A stretch of DNA of 59,507 nucleotides from Candidatus Omnitrophota bacterium (GCA_050012075.1 JBEKHW010000006.1:1-59507); one strand, 5' to 3'; positions 1-9,537 are shown, numbered from the stretch's first letter. Notes: generated from the letters alone by a model not told the origin. Translations and numbers: made by a program.

Positions 1-216
1 TTTTCCCCGGACATTAAGGGGGTCCTGGTTATCGGGGATGTTCACCCACATCTCCAGGCCATTGCCGGGCTCCAGGACAACCTCGGTCACAAGCATCCCG
101 CCGCCACCAGGGCTAATGTCGACCATTCTGCCCCAGCCCTCTTTATTAGTGTTTATTTCCAGGAACTTAACCGGAAAATCGATCTTTAAACGCTCAAATG
201 TCCGTCTTTCTTCCAT
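1..216 (-). CDS. PilZ-domain (c-di-GMP receptor) protein, runs off the window edge; not in the ORF track
   Basis: Manual translation MEERRTFERLKIDFPVKF...RMVDISPGGGGMLV has the RxxxR and DxSxxG PilZ motifs; AAGGAG SD upstream. Confidence 0.85.
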   Translation of the reverse strand, partial: MEERRTFERLKIDFPVKFLEINTNKEGWGRMVDISPGGGGMLVTEVVLEPGNGLEMWVNIPDNQDPLNVRGK

Positions 217-270
217 AGCGCTAGTTCTCCTTAGCTGTGCGAATCAATTATAATTGCGCGTTTAGTAAAA

Positions 271-299
271 ATTATATACCGTTTGGGGAGAATTTGCAA
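271..299 (-). promoter_or_regulatory. sigma70-type promoter for the PilZ gene
   Basis: TTGCAA-17 nt-TATAAT on the - strand. Confidence 0.6.
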
Positions 300-353
300 C
301 AGAATTATCCTACCTTAAACAAAAAGACCATTTTACCCGTTAGGCCGCAGGAG

Positions 354-1076
354 TTAGAAAAAGGGGGTTTTTCTTTGATATGTCCTGTACTCTAAAGAGT
401 GCTTTATTAATTTCTCCTCTTCCATTCTTGCCCTTATAATAAGAATTGCTATATACATCGCCGCAAATATAACGGTATGCAGACGTGCCCTTATTAAACA
501 TAAGCCGACCCAGGAAATAAAATATCCGAAGTATATGGGGTGCCTCATATAGCGGTACATCCCGTTTCGTACTATGTCGCCTACTTCTATAAAAATAGAA
601 AAAGAGTTTTTCATATTAAATATGGATATTATCGTAATCAATAAACCAACGATGCAAAAAAATAGCCCAATAAATAAAAGCGGAAACAGGATATTTACCG
701 GCGCCAGGATATGATTATATTTCTGCGGTAGGTATTGGATAAAATTATATAATAAAGGGAAATATACGCCCACGAGGGGGATAGAAATTTCGCGCAGGCG
801 GTCAGGCTTCTCATAAGGCTTCTTTCGAAGGATAAGTTTTCCGGCTACTAATAAATTGAATATGGTGGATAATATTACCCGTAAGGCGGTGGAGATGAAA
901 AACATTTCCGCTAAAACTTCTTTGCCTGATATGATTTTCTTAACAAAATTATAAATTTCTACGCTGTGCGAGGACAGAAAAGCTATGTTCTTGAAAGTAA
1001 AATAAATTATCAGTGCGGAAATAATATACCTCTCTACAAACAGCGCTCCATTGTAGAAAGATTTATATGTTTTCAT
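354..1076 (-). CDS. Isoprenylcysteine carboxylmethyltransferase/PEMT-family membrane protein
   Basis: Multiple TM helices; GMYRYMRHPIYFG and RARMEEEKL...EYRTYQRKTP motifs. Confidence 0.8.
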   Translation of the reverse strand: MKTYKSFYNGALFVERYIISALIIYFTFKNIAFLSSHSVEIYNFVKKIISGKEVLAEMFFISTALRVILSTIFNLLVAGKLILRKKPYEKPDRLREISIPLVGVYFPLLYNFIQYLPQKYNHILAPVNILFPLLFIGLFFCIVGLLITIISIFNMKNSFSIFIEVGDIVRNGMYRYMRHPIYFGYFISWVGLCLIRARLHTVIFAAMYIAILIIRARMEEEKLIKHSLEYRTYQRKTPFF

Positions 1077-1103
1077 CGCAATGCCTTTTTCGAGAGAAAT
1101 ATT

Positions 1104-1154
1104 TGGCTGCCCCTGGTGGAAGAAATCTGTAACTGGCTGTATACGGAATAAGCG
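1104..1154. repeat. att-like scar: tRNA-Gln 3'-end match plus segment shared with 2893-2941
   Basis: TGGCTGCCCC is the reverse complement of GGGGCAG+CCA; 39/49 identity to 2893-2941 by manual alignment. Confidence 0.6.
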
Positions 1155-1161
1155 TTTTCCA

Positions 1162-2814
1162 TTATTTGTTATGGCCCAGGCTAAGCACCTCTTGATATAG
1201 GGGATTGATGCCTAAACCCCTGCTTATGGCCTTATAGTAATAGTTACGCGCTTGGTTGAAATCATTTTTTTTGTAATAAGCCAGTATGATATTGTTGTAT
1301 GCTTCTGTAAATCCGGGATTAAGCTCTATGGCTTTCTGATAGTGCTCGACTGCCTCTGTCATCATTGCCTTACTCACATAAACATTGCCTAAATTATAAT
1401 AAACCAGCCCCAGATTGCGGCGTGCCGTAGTAAAGCTATTCTTGGGATTAATGGGATAAAAATCGCTATTAATTGTTATAAAAAGCACAAAGAGTAGGAC
1501 AAGGCAACCTATTAATTCCCTTTTAAACCCATTCCTTGCTATTAAATAAAAATTGTATACCGCATAAGAAGCGAGCATAATAAGAAAAGGAACTACGGGA
1601 ATACGGTAACGATCGGCTACAAAGAAAATTATTGCATAGAGTATATACGCAAAAATTAAGGCGATAACTAAGTAAGCTTTCTCTTGCTTTTGCGTGAAAA
1701 CAAATATGATGCCCAATATGGAAAATGGGGCTATTAAACCGAAAGAAAACAAAGGGAGTTTCAGGACGGGCAATATGGTGCTACAAAAATAATAATTTAC
1801 GTTCGGGGCAAACTCGACGTTATTCCAAAATAAGATGAATTTCCTCATCACAAGGTCTAAGAATATAAACGGGTGGCTTGCGATAAAACGCAATCCCTTT
1901 TTAGACCAATAAAGGGAAGCCTGAAAGGAATTAAAATCCTTCTTTGCCTCTTTTTCTGCCAATGCAATTGAGTCTTTAACATCGGTGATCGGGACTTTAG
2001 ATATGCCATTTAGCGTCTCATAGATGCCCCTTGCCTGAGGGTTGTTGCCAATATAAAATTTCAGCCCTCCTTGCGCAGGGAAAGGAGAAAAGTTTTTCTC
2101 AATCTTATAGTTTCTCAGGGAAAAAGGTGCCAGAGTGATACATATGCCGAGAACAAGGTATAATAAATTCGTGATCTTTTTACGTGTATCTTTTTTTATA
2201 CCGCTTACGCTCCAGATGACCAGAAATGGCAAGAATATAATCGTATTTGCTGTTATCAGAAACGATAATCCCAGGATCACTCCTGAAAACAGCCAATGAA
2301 CAGGATGTTTTTTAGACATCGTAGGTATAAGTACCCAGATTAATAGGACATTGATAAAAATGGAAAGAGTAACCGCTACAAGAAATCCGGTATAAAGAAT
2401 TGCGAGGCCATAACATGCGTACATGAAGAATGCCAAGAGCGCGATACTTTTTTTATTGAATATCTTTAAACAAATACTGTATAGTAATATGCCTGTCAGG
2501 GCATCAAGGAGAATTTGAATTACTCCTACCGCAATAAGACTGTGCCCAAAAATGTAATATACGATAGATACGAAAAAGGGATAAACGGGATAGGTATATA
2601 GAAAATCCCTGGAGAACAGATTCCCCTTAAGGATTTCTAAAGCGAGCGAGTCATAGGGGTAGGCATCAGCAACAAAGAAACCGGATAAGTGTGATGATTT
2701 CAATTGAATAAGGCAGGCAAACCTTAAGATTAAAGAGACAAGAAGTATCGCTATTAAAAATAAATCGCTTTTCTCTAATCCAATGGTTATTTTTTTGCCT
2801 TTTAACTGTTGCAT
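1162..2814 (-). CDS. GT-C (PMT/ArnT-like) membrane glycosyltransferase with C-terminal TPR repeats
   Basis: Many TM helices, DAYPYD loop, RYRIP motif, TPR ...AVEHYQKAIELNPGFTEAYNN. Confidence 0.75.
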   Translation of the reverse strand: MQQLKGKKITIGLEKSDLFLIAILLVSLILRFACLIQLKSSHLSGFFVADAYPYDSLALEILKGNLFSRDFLYTYPVYPFFVSIVYYIFGHSLIAVGVIQILLDALTGILLYSICLKIFNKKSIALLAFFMYACYGLAILYTGFLVAVTLSIFINVLLIWVLIPTMSKKHPVHWLFSGVILGLSFLITANTIIFLPFLVIWSVSGIKKDTRKKITNLLYLVLGICITLAPFSLRNYKIEKNFSPFPAQGGLKFYIGNNPQARGIYETLNGISKVPITDVKDSIALAEKEAKKDFNSFQASLYWSKKGLRFIASHPFIFLDLVMRKFILFWNNVEFAPNVNYYFCSTILPVLKLPLFSFGLIAPFSILGIIFVFTQKQEKAYLVIALIFAYILYAIIFFVADRYRIPVVPFLIMLASYAVYNFYLIARNGFKRELIGCLVLLFVLFITINSDFYPINPKNSFTTARRNLGLVYYNLGNVYVSKAMMTEAVEHYQKAIELNPGFTEAYNNIILAYYKKNDFNQARNYYYKAISRGLGINPLYQEVLSLGHNK

Positions 2815-2883
2815 ATTTTATCGTTACGGGTAGGTCATACTAGGAAAGATATTTACCCAAACTAAAACTGCGCGTCTCGGCAT

Positions 2884-2941
2884 TAATTATATCTGCCCCC
2901 TATCGGACGGAATCCGCAACTGGCTGTGTACGGAAGAAGCG
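2884..2941. repeat. att-like direct repeat of the tRNA-Gln 3' end and flank
   Basis: TAATTATATCTGCCCCC at 2884-2900 is identical to 3663-3679. Confidence 0.7.
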
Positions 2942-3044
2942 GAAAAACTGTATAAAGAACTGGTTATGATTAATTAAACTGTCCTTTTAGTGCGGTAATC
3001 TTTCACTACCAAAAACAGCACCAAAAATCCCTTGAACTAATTCT

Positions 3045-3602
3045 TTATTTTATGGCAGGCTCATTTTTTGAAGTTTCCCGTATCATAATAAGGGCTTTAC
3101 CCTCTTTACCACTTTCCAATTCTTGTAATACTTCTTTAGCTGCTATCAATCTATCCTCCTCGCCCGGATTTCCTTTAGCCAATTTAATGTATTTCTTGAA
3201 TAATGGGATTGCTTTCTGGTCTTCTCCTATGCGGCAATGGTAATAGGCCATCCAGTAATAAGGAAGCGGAAAGTCGGGTTTTACCTCTACCGATTTTTCT
3301 AGATAATTGTAACCTTCCTGGCTACCTATATTCAATAAGCCTAAACAATACCATGAAAAATAAAGTTTGCTGTCTAATTTTACTGCTTTATTAAGATACA
3401 ACTGGGCGGAAGCCCAATCTCCATTTCTGAAACTATCCAATCCTATTGTTTGGAGAAACTTAGCTTCGTCTTCGGGTGTGCTTTTAAAATTAAAAGCCAC
3501 GGGTGGCTCATAAGGTTTTTCGGGCGCAATTTTTTGCCTGCGAGCATGAGCACATCCGCTAACCAACATTACCAGAATGAATACAAAGATTAGTTTTTTC
3601 AT
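3045..3602 (-). CDS. TPR-repeat lipoprotein
   Basis: Start at MKKLIFVFILVMLVSG-C (lipobox); TPR-like helices. Confidence 0.7.
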   Translation of the reverse strand: MKKLIFVFILVMLVSGCAHARRQKIAPEKPYEPPVAFNFKSTPEDEAKFLQTIGLDSFRNGDWASAQLYLNKAVKLDSKLYFSWYCLGLLNIGSQEGYNYLEKSVEVKPDFPLPYYWMAYYHCRIGEDQKAIPLFKKYIKLAKGNPGEEDRLIAAKEVLQELESGKEGKALIMIRETSKNEPAIK

Positions 3603-3671
3603 ATTGCCTGGATGTTCCCTTGTTTTAGCGATATGCACCGCCAAAAATCACTTCTAATTTAGTAATTATAT

Positions 3672-3742
3672 CTGCCCCCCATGGATTCGAACCATGATTA
3701 ACTGGTCCAGAGCCAGCCGTGCTACCATTGCACTAGAGGGCA
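3672..3742 (-). tRNA. tRNA-Gln(CTG)
   Basis: Cloverleaf; anticodon arm GCTGG-CTCTGGA-CCAGT; T-loop GTTCGAATCC; no encoded CCA. Confidence 0.95.
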
Positions 3743-3754
3743 AAAGATGATTAG

Positions 3755-3783
3755 ATTATATATCGCGCGGGGAGTTCTTTCAA
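3755..3783 (-). promoter_or_regulatory. sigma70-type promoter of tRNA-Gln
   Basis: TTGAAA-17 nt-TATAAT. Confidence 0.6.
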
Positions 3784-3808
3784 TAAAAATCAGGATGTAA
3801 GAGGCGGG

Positions 3809-4882
3809 CTAATTGAAATACCAGGTGAGGCCTGCCAAGAGACCATTCATATAGGTATGGCTGGTTGGCTCAACAACACCAAGCCCTCCGCCTATTGGTA
3901 TGATGTCGGACATTTTAATCCACCAAAAGGTAAAATAAGGAGTGAAATCAAGGGAGATATTTTGCAGTATATAATATTTTATGGGCAACTTAACCTCTAC
4001 TCCCCATACATTGTGCAGCTTAAACTTAAACCCGTCTAAGGTCTCCTTCATCTTTGGCGAATAGGCATACATCAATTCTACGTCTATGCCGGTAGAAAGC
4101 TTAGGGATAAATTCATAGTTAACTCCTGCCCCTCCACCAAAATATATCCAGTGGTATATCTCCTGGCTATCTTGTTTATCTCCTATGTCCGTAGTTATAA
4201 TCTTGTTTTGTCCCCTGACCCATATTCTCCTTCCAGCATCCAGATAACCAAAGAGTTCTCCGTGTTTGCCGTTTAAATCCTGGGAGGCGCCTAATTTAAT
4301 ACCATAACGGTGTATCCTGGCAAGTTCTTCATCAAACTTTACAGGGATGCCGCTCTGAGTTTGGCCGTCATAGGTAATCATATCTGCGGCGCGCCGATAG
4401 TAAAGTTCAACAAATGGCCTTCCTAGCGCCCATTCATAATAATCAGGGCTTCTATATCCGGCATTAACGTAATAGCCGTGCAACGTACCATAGTCTCTAT
4501 CCAAAATATCGCCACTACCGTCAGTGTCGAATTCCTTATAGTGGAGGTGGCTTAAATTGTAACCTCCGGAAACATAAAATCCCGTCCTCTGGATGCCGGT
4601 ATCTGTTGGAGGCGGGCGCATTGCTTTTTCTTTAGGTTTTGTTTTCGCGGGAGGGGGAATTTCTTTTTCGGGCGCTCTTTGCGCCAATGCCTGATTCATC
4701 TTAACATCCCGAAGGGCAGGATTATAAGAAGGCTGCATCTGGCTTGGAACGACGGCCCGCTGTGATTCCAGCCGGGTTAACGTCATGGAAACGATAAGGT
4801 CGCGGGAATCTGCGAGAGCGATAGCAGGCAGAAAAAAGAGCAGTGATGCCAAACACAAAATAATATTCTTCGTTTTATGCAT
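3809..4882 (-). CDS. Outer-membrane beta-barrel protein with Pro-rich N-terminal linker
   Basis: Signal peptide (ALA-D), amphipathic aromatic-rich strands, C-terminal ...GLTWYFN beta-signal. Confidence 0.7.
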   Translation of the reverse strand: MHKTKNIILCLASLLFFLPAIALADSRDLIVSMTLTRLESQRAVVPSQMQPSYNPALRDVKMNQALAQRAPEKEIPPPAKTKPKEKAMRPPPTDTGIQRTGFYVSGGYNLSHLHYKEFDTDGSGDILDRDYGTLHGYYVNAGYRSPDYYEWALGRPFVELYYRRAADMITYDGQTQSGIPVKFDEELARIHRYGIKLGASQDLNGKHGELFGYLDAGRRIWVRGQNKIITTDIGDKQDSQEIYHWIYFGGGAGVNYEFIPKLSTGIDVELMYAYSPKMKETLDGFKFKLHNVWGVEVKLPIKYYILQNISLDFTPYFTFWWIKMSDIIPIGGGLGVVEPTSHTYMNGLLAGLTWYFN

Positions 4883-4952
4883 TGAGATTAATATTATACT
4901 ATATTATCTGGATTGTCAATATTTTTATAACTCGCGTCCGCCTATTGCTTAT

Positions 4953-5804
4953 CTATAGGTCTTTAAAACCAATGGGCTCTATTCTCTCTTCCGTCATTTT
5001 TTTCTTAAGTGCCGGGGAAAGCAGAACCGCCAATTCTTGCTGCCAGTCATACCGCCAATGTTTATAGCTAGGCAATGCGTCTTCTTGGGCGGCCGGGTGA
5101 CAAATAAATTCCGTTGTCGCCAGGGGTATTTCCTTTAGGATGGCCGTAACCGCCTCCAAATCTAGGTGTCCGCTCCTCAATATCCCGGCGCTATAATCAT
5201 TGTATTTTAATCCTGTGCTACGGATATATTTCTTATTGAAGGCGCTAAGAGACTTTAATAAAAGTACTCCCGGCCAACGAAACAATGTATTTTTATCGAA
5301 TAAATGATTTCTTATGGGATATTCATTCGCCAGCCTTATTGCTTTAATGCCATATTTATCTGCCAGGGATATAAACTGCCGAAATAATGGCGGCAGCATA
5401 TGGAGATGGCGGTGGCTATTTAAAAATACGGGTTTAATCCCCGTATCCAATATTTTTTCGATCTGCGCCTTGGCTTCCGATTCTATGTTTTTTAAGGCCT
5501 CTTTTCTTACATACAAAGTTGAAATGAATCCGGGTAAGCTATCTAAAAAACTCCCGCTTTTGCCGACGATAAAAGGTACCTTCTCTGGTCCCAACACCGG
5601 CCTCTCCTCTAAAAAAGTCAAATGCGCCCCTATTTCTAAACCGGTGCTTTTAGCAATCTTTGCCGCATTTTCAAACGAGCCTCCACATGCTGATAATGAT
5701 GCGCACCTTACTATGCCGGCTTTAAATGCTTTCGCTATTCCTGCATTTATCCCCTCGGCTAAACCAAAATCGTCTGCTGTAATAATAAGCCTTTTACTGA
5801 ACAT
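4953..5804 (-). CDS. ChbG/HpnK (YdjC) family carbohydrate deacetylase
   Basis: LIITADDFG, GAHL, NSHRHLH and EFICHP motifs. Confidence 0.9.
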   Translation of the reverse strand: MFSKRLIITADDFGLAEGINAGIAKAFKAGIVRCASLSACGGSFENAAKIAKSTGLEIGAHLTFLEERPVLGPEKVPFIVGKSGSFLDSLPGFISTLYVRKEALKNIESEAKAQIEKILDTGIKPVFLNSHRHLHMLPPLFRQFISLADKYGIKAIRLANEYPIRNHLFDKNTLFRWPGVLLLKSLSAFNKKYIRSTGLKYNDYSAGILRSGHLDLEAVTAILKEIPLATTEFICHPAAQEDALPSYKHWRYDWQQELAVLLSPALKKKMTEERIEPIGFKDL

Positions 5805-5806
5805 AC

Positions 5807-6469
5807 CTATTTCTTACAGATATAGAGGATGTGCGGATATAAACTGCCCCTGCCTAGCTCTATCCGGTTTATCAAGCCAAATCCTGCGCTATCAAGCATA
5901 TCTTTCATTTCCTCCGAACTTAAAACATGGGTCTTGGTGTCTGCATACAATCTCAATAGCTTCATTGCAATGCGGTCCTGAATCTTACAAAACCAGTATT
6001 TTAGTAACGCCTCCCTGCTGATTGTCTTTATCAACAGTATGCCATTTTCTCTGAGGAGGGCGTAGGTGTAGCGGATTGCATCGCACTGCCGGGCAAAGGG
6101 CAAGAAATATAAGCTATCAATCATCGATATGTAATCAAATCGATTTGCGCCTATTGGAACCCCGCCCAGTTCAGAGATATCGCCTGTAACAAATTGGATA
6201 TCCCTTCTTTCTCCTATTGTCCTTCTGGCAATCGCGATGTTGCTTTCTGATATGTCTACGCCGACTGCCTCTATCGAAGATCTGCAGATAGACAGATAGT
6301 TAACAAACATGCCGTTACCGCAACCCAAATCCAATATCCTGATTGAATCCGGGATATGCTCGGCGATCTTTTCGAAAGGACAGGTCTTGGCGCGCAAAAA
6401 AACATGCACCCTTACTTTGTAGCCCTCATTCTTATAGATATCCCTGGCTAAACCTGATACGGATTTCAT
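5807..6469 (-). CDS. Class I SAM-dependent methyltransferase
   Basis: ILDLGCGNG motif I; GVDISE. Confidence 0.85.
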   Translation of the reverse strand: MKSVSGLARDIYKNEGYKVRVHVFLRAKTCPFEKIAEHIPDSIRILDLGCGNGMFVNYLSICRSSIEAVGVDISESNIAIARRTIGERRDIQFVTGDISELGGVPIGANRFDYISMIDSLYFLPFARQCDAIRYTYALLRENGILLIKTISREALLKYWFCKIQDRIAMKLLRLYADTKTHVLSSEEMKDMLDSAGFGLINRIELGRGSLYPHILYICKK

Positions 6470-7203
6470 TCTCTCTCCGTATTAGCGATCTCCGGATAAA
6501 GCTTAACCATTTCGTAAAGGATAATAAGTATTGCCCGAAGGGAAGATAGTTTTGATTTACCGTATTTTCGGGGGAAATAATCCATCTCGATCTCTTCTAT
6601 CCGATACCCTTTTTTTAAGACCTTTGCGATCATTTCGGTATCTATGAAAGGCCCATTAGACTTGAGCTCCAGTTTAGAAAGTATATTCTTCTTGAAAAGC
6701 TTAAAGGAGAAATTTACATCTTTAACTTTAATTTTAAAAACTGCCTTTACGAGGCGATTGTATACTGCGGAATAAATTCTTCTTATTATCCCATACCTGC
6801 GCCTGCGGAATCCAATAAGGCAGTCGGTTTGGGCTAAAGACGGCAGCTTTTGCTTGAGCACTGATATATCGCATGGCAAATCAGAATCGGTGTATAGCAC
6901 AAAATCTTTTGTCGCATGTTGGAAGCCGTATCTTAAGGCGTATCCGTAACCTCTATTCTTAGGATAGCCTATAAGGCGTATTCTTTTATTGAATCCCGCG
7001 ATGGCCCGGACCGCTTCCGCTGAACCATCGCAACTGCCATCATCGCTTACAATAATTTCGTAATCAAGAGGAAGATTAGAGAGCTCTTTGTCGATAGCGC
7101 CTATGGTATGCCTTATGTTTTCTGCTTCATTATACATGGGCAGAACAACAGACAAGCCTACCGAGTTTATCGCTTCTCCTAAATCCTGAGGCATATAACT
7201 CAA
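6466..7203 (-). CDS. GT2 glycosyltransferase (polyprenol-phosphate sugar synthase-like)
   Basis: SVVLPMYNE, DDGS, NRGYG, DSD, FKLF, RKYGKSK. Confidence 0.9.
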   Translation of the reverse strand: MSYMPQDLGEAINSVGLSVVLPMYNEAENIRHTIGAIDKELSNLPLDYEIIVSDDGSCDGSAEAVRAIAGFNKRIRLIGYPKNRGYGYALRYGFQHATKDFVLYTDSDLPCDISVLKQKLPSLAQTDCLIGFRRRRYGIIRRIYSAVYNRLVKAVFKIKVKDVNFSFKLFKKNILSKLELKSNGPFIDTEMIAKVLKKGYRIEEIEMDYFPRKYGKSKLSSLRAILIILYEMVKLYPEIANTERE

Positions 7204-9086
7204 TCTAAAATGCTTATTCTTACCGGGTAAAGGAAAATGCCGTCAATGCGTATTTTACCCTTGACCGGCGCATAGCCTCTGCAAGCTATAATCATTAAGT
7301 TTTCTGCGGTGGGCACAAAATAATTCTGAATTAACGTCCAGTGCGGCTCGCGGATATTGGGTTCTTTCATCGATGCGGCTGCGTAATTACCGTATCGCCA
7401 GTGTCTTTTGTCCCTGATTTCAATCCAGAAGTGGCCATTAAAATCGTCGGACAAATTGACCCGTCCTCCAAATATATAGGGTTGCCCTGGCTTTACTTTT
7501 ATATCTTGCGTCAACTCGACAAAATCACTGCTAACATTGCTCAACGATCCTAAATCTACCTCCACCGATTTCCTGCCGCTAAAGGCTGACTGGTCGGATA
7601 GCAGAACCATTCTTTTAAAATTTACAGTCCACCCCTCAAAGTCTGATTCAAAGCTATTATTTTTTATAAGGTTCTCCCCTGTTTTAAATTGTGCGACGTC
7701 GGCCGCATCCAGCACCTTTATTTGCACATCGCTACGCCCCAACAAATATAACAAACCTTCATAATCTTTTTGCTTAAACTCATCCGTTACGAAGAACATG
7801 GAGTTCTGCTGGGAGAGAGAGGCTTTTTGAAGAATTTGTTTTTTTATGCGAGCGGCCTCCACTATAGATTTAATATCATTCTTAAAATATTTGTAGTCGC
7901 CAAAAGAAATATAAATGGTGTAGCACAGGATTAACGGCATTAAAACCAAGTGCCTAAACAACAATGCGATATTTGAAAAGTATTTTTCCTTATACCATTC
8001 GATTTTAGTTCTATGCGCCAGCAACAGATATAGTTCATTAATAAGTAGATAGACGCTTATGCCTATAAAGACCGAAAGCCCCGTTACGGGCAAGAAGAAA
8101 TAGTGTAACGAAGTTTGTACGCAAAGATTTTTATAAAGGAGCGCCGGAATCAGTGTGATGCCCGACCAAAGAAGGCTGGTTATTTGCCCTTTGTCGCGGA
8201 ATACCGGCAGGCTGAACAGGCTCAAAATAAACAAGGGTAACACCTTGCTATTGATAGAAATAAAGTATTGGGTGTTGAGTAGAAAACATTGTATGCTCAA
8301 TAAATTAGATGCTTTTTCCGCATATGGATTATTCCTGAATAAAAACTGCAAAACTAATGTAGCCGTTAAACCAGCGAAAAGAAGGGCATTCGTTTTCAAT
8401 ATAATTCTTCTCTGCGCAATATTTGATTCTTTCCATTTTAGATAAAAATAAATAATCGGCACTGCAGGCAGGGCGTAGAATGACCACTCCTTAGAAATAA
8501 AAGCCAATAAAGCAAGAAAGATGCCCCAAGACATCCTCTTTTGATCTTCGTTATAATAAGCTGAGAGAAGATTAGCGAGACTAAGACTCATGAAAAAGAG
8601 CATTAAAAAAGTATTGGAATGGGAAAGGAAAGTTAGCAATACTTTATCAAAAGGATAAAACAAAATTAATAAAACGAAGATGCATAAAAAGGCGGGCATC
8701 TTGCCTCTTAGACCGGCCAGATAGTCGGTAATCTTGAATAAGCCATAAAGGGAAATTATAAATAGAAATATCTCTATAACGTGCAGCGGAGTTGGATTCA
8801 GCCCGAACAACATAAAAGAAACTACCCATAAAAGCCGCTCCAGCGGCCTGTAATAATACCACATAAGCATGCGCTGGTTTTTGTAAATCTGGCCGGCCGG
8901 GGCAGAAAGACTGAATACAGAAAAAACATTTCTGCTGAAATATTTTGCCTCCAACAGCATATTTACATCATCCCCGTGGAAATAAACCGGAAATACGTAT
9001 ATGCCGATAAGTATGGAAAGGAACAATGCGATCAACAATATAAAGAAGAATCTGAGCATATTGTAATTGTTATGGTTACACGCCAT
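7200..9086 (-). CDS. Polytopic membrane protein (GT-C-like) with C-terminal CBM4/9-like domain
   Basis: GDD loop, YYRPL, SKE motif, TM helices; C-terminal NLIKNNSFE...IRIDGI. Confidence 0.6.
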   Translation of the reverse strand: MACNHNNYNMLRFFFILLIALFLSILIGIYVFPVYFHGDDVNMLLEAKYFSRNVFSVFSLSAPAGQIYKNQRMLMWYYYRPLERLLWVVSFMLFGLNPTPLHVIEIFLFIISLYGLFKITDYLAGLRGKMPAFLCIFVLLILFYPFDKVLLTFLSHSNTFLMLFFMSLSLANLLSAYYNEDQKRMSWGIFLALLAFISKEWSFYALPAVPIIYFYLKWKESNIAQRRIILKTNALLFAGLTATLVLQFLFRNNPYAEKASNLLSIQCFLLNTQYFISINSKVLPLFILSLFSLPVFRDKGQITSLLWSGITLIPALLYKNLCVQTSLHYFFLPVTGLSVFIGISVYLLINELYLLLAHRTKIEWYKEKYFSNIALLFRHLVLMPLILCYTIYISFGDYKYFKNDIKSIVEAARIKKQILQKASLSQQNSMFFVTDEFKQKDYEGLLYLLGRSDVQIKVLDAADVAQFKTGENLIKNNSFESDFEGWTVNFKRMVLLSDQSAFSGRKSVEVDLGSLSNVSSDFVELTQDIKVKPGQPYIFGGRVNLSDDFNGHFWIEIRDKRHWRYGNYAAASMKEPNIREPHWTLIQNYFVPTAENLMIIACRGYAPVKGKIRIDGIFLYPVRISILD

Positions 9087-9302
9087 TTCTTAGAAATTTA
9101 TTAATGAACCGTGTTTAACAATAAAATAGCATAGTTAAAATAGTTAATCAATCGAATTATGCGCTTCCTGCTGAGCGGGGGAGTGAATCGAACGTCCGCT
9201 TATTGCTAATTCCTCTTCGCATAATTTAATATTCTTAACTTACGATTAATATCTCGCTGCGCCTAAACTCAGGCTGGAATATCTACATAATTATCCACAA
9301 AC

Positions 9303-9331
9303 AAAAATCCCCGTAACTGTATACGGGGACT
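9303..9331 (-). terminator. Rho-independent terminator after tRNA-Asp
   Basis: TCCCCGTA...TACGGGGA stem followed by a T run on the - strand. Confidence 0.7.
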
Positions 9332-9342
9332 CATGTTTTAAG

Positions 9343-9418
9343 CGGGCCCGACGAGATTTGAACTCGCGGTCTTCAGATCGACAATCTGACGTGCTAAACC
9401 AGACTGCACCACGGGCCC
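9343..9418 (-). tRNA. tRNA-Asp(GTC)
   Basis: Cloverleaf; anticodon arm TCAGA-TTGTCGA-TCTGA. Confidence 0.95.
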
Positions 9419-9423
9419 TTATT

Positions 9424-9533
9424 TAGTTCGTAGTTCTTGGCTCATAGCTGTTGGCAAGAAATATATTCTACTAGATTTAATAATAATTGCAACTAGTTCC
9501 TGCCATGAACTATCAACTATGAACAATGAACCA
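9424..9533. repeat. Inverted pair of degenerate heptamer (ATGAACT-type) tandem arrays
   Basis: Left arm 9424-9460 and right arm 9497-9533 are 26/37 complementary. Confidence 0.7.
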
Positions 9534-9537
9534 GGTA

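Noticed and set aside
38-253. 71-aa + strand ORF
   Set aside because: Antisense shadow of the PilZ gene on the - strand
5314-6021. 235-aa + strand ORF and similar long antisense ORFs (e.g. 23447-24214, 47691-48278)
   Set aside because: They lie opposite well-supported genes and show no motifs
9171-9200. T-loop-like GTTCGATTC...CCCGCT on the - strand as a possible att scar of tRNA-Asp
   Set aside because: Only about 6 bp match the tRNA end; too weak
9291-9299. Perfect DnaA box TTATCCACA
   Set aside because: Isolated and about 26 kb from dnaA; compatible with chance
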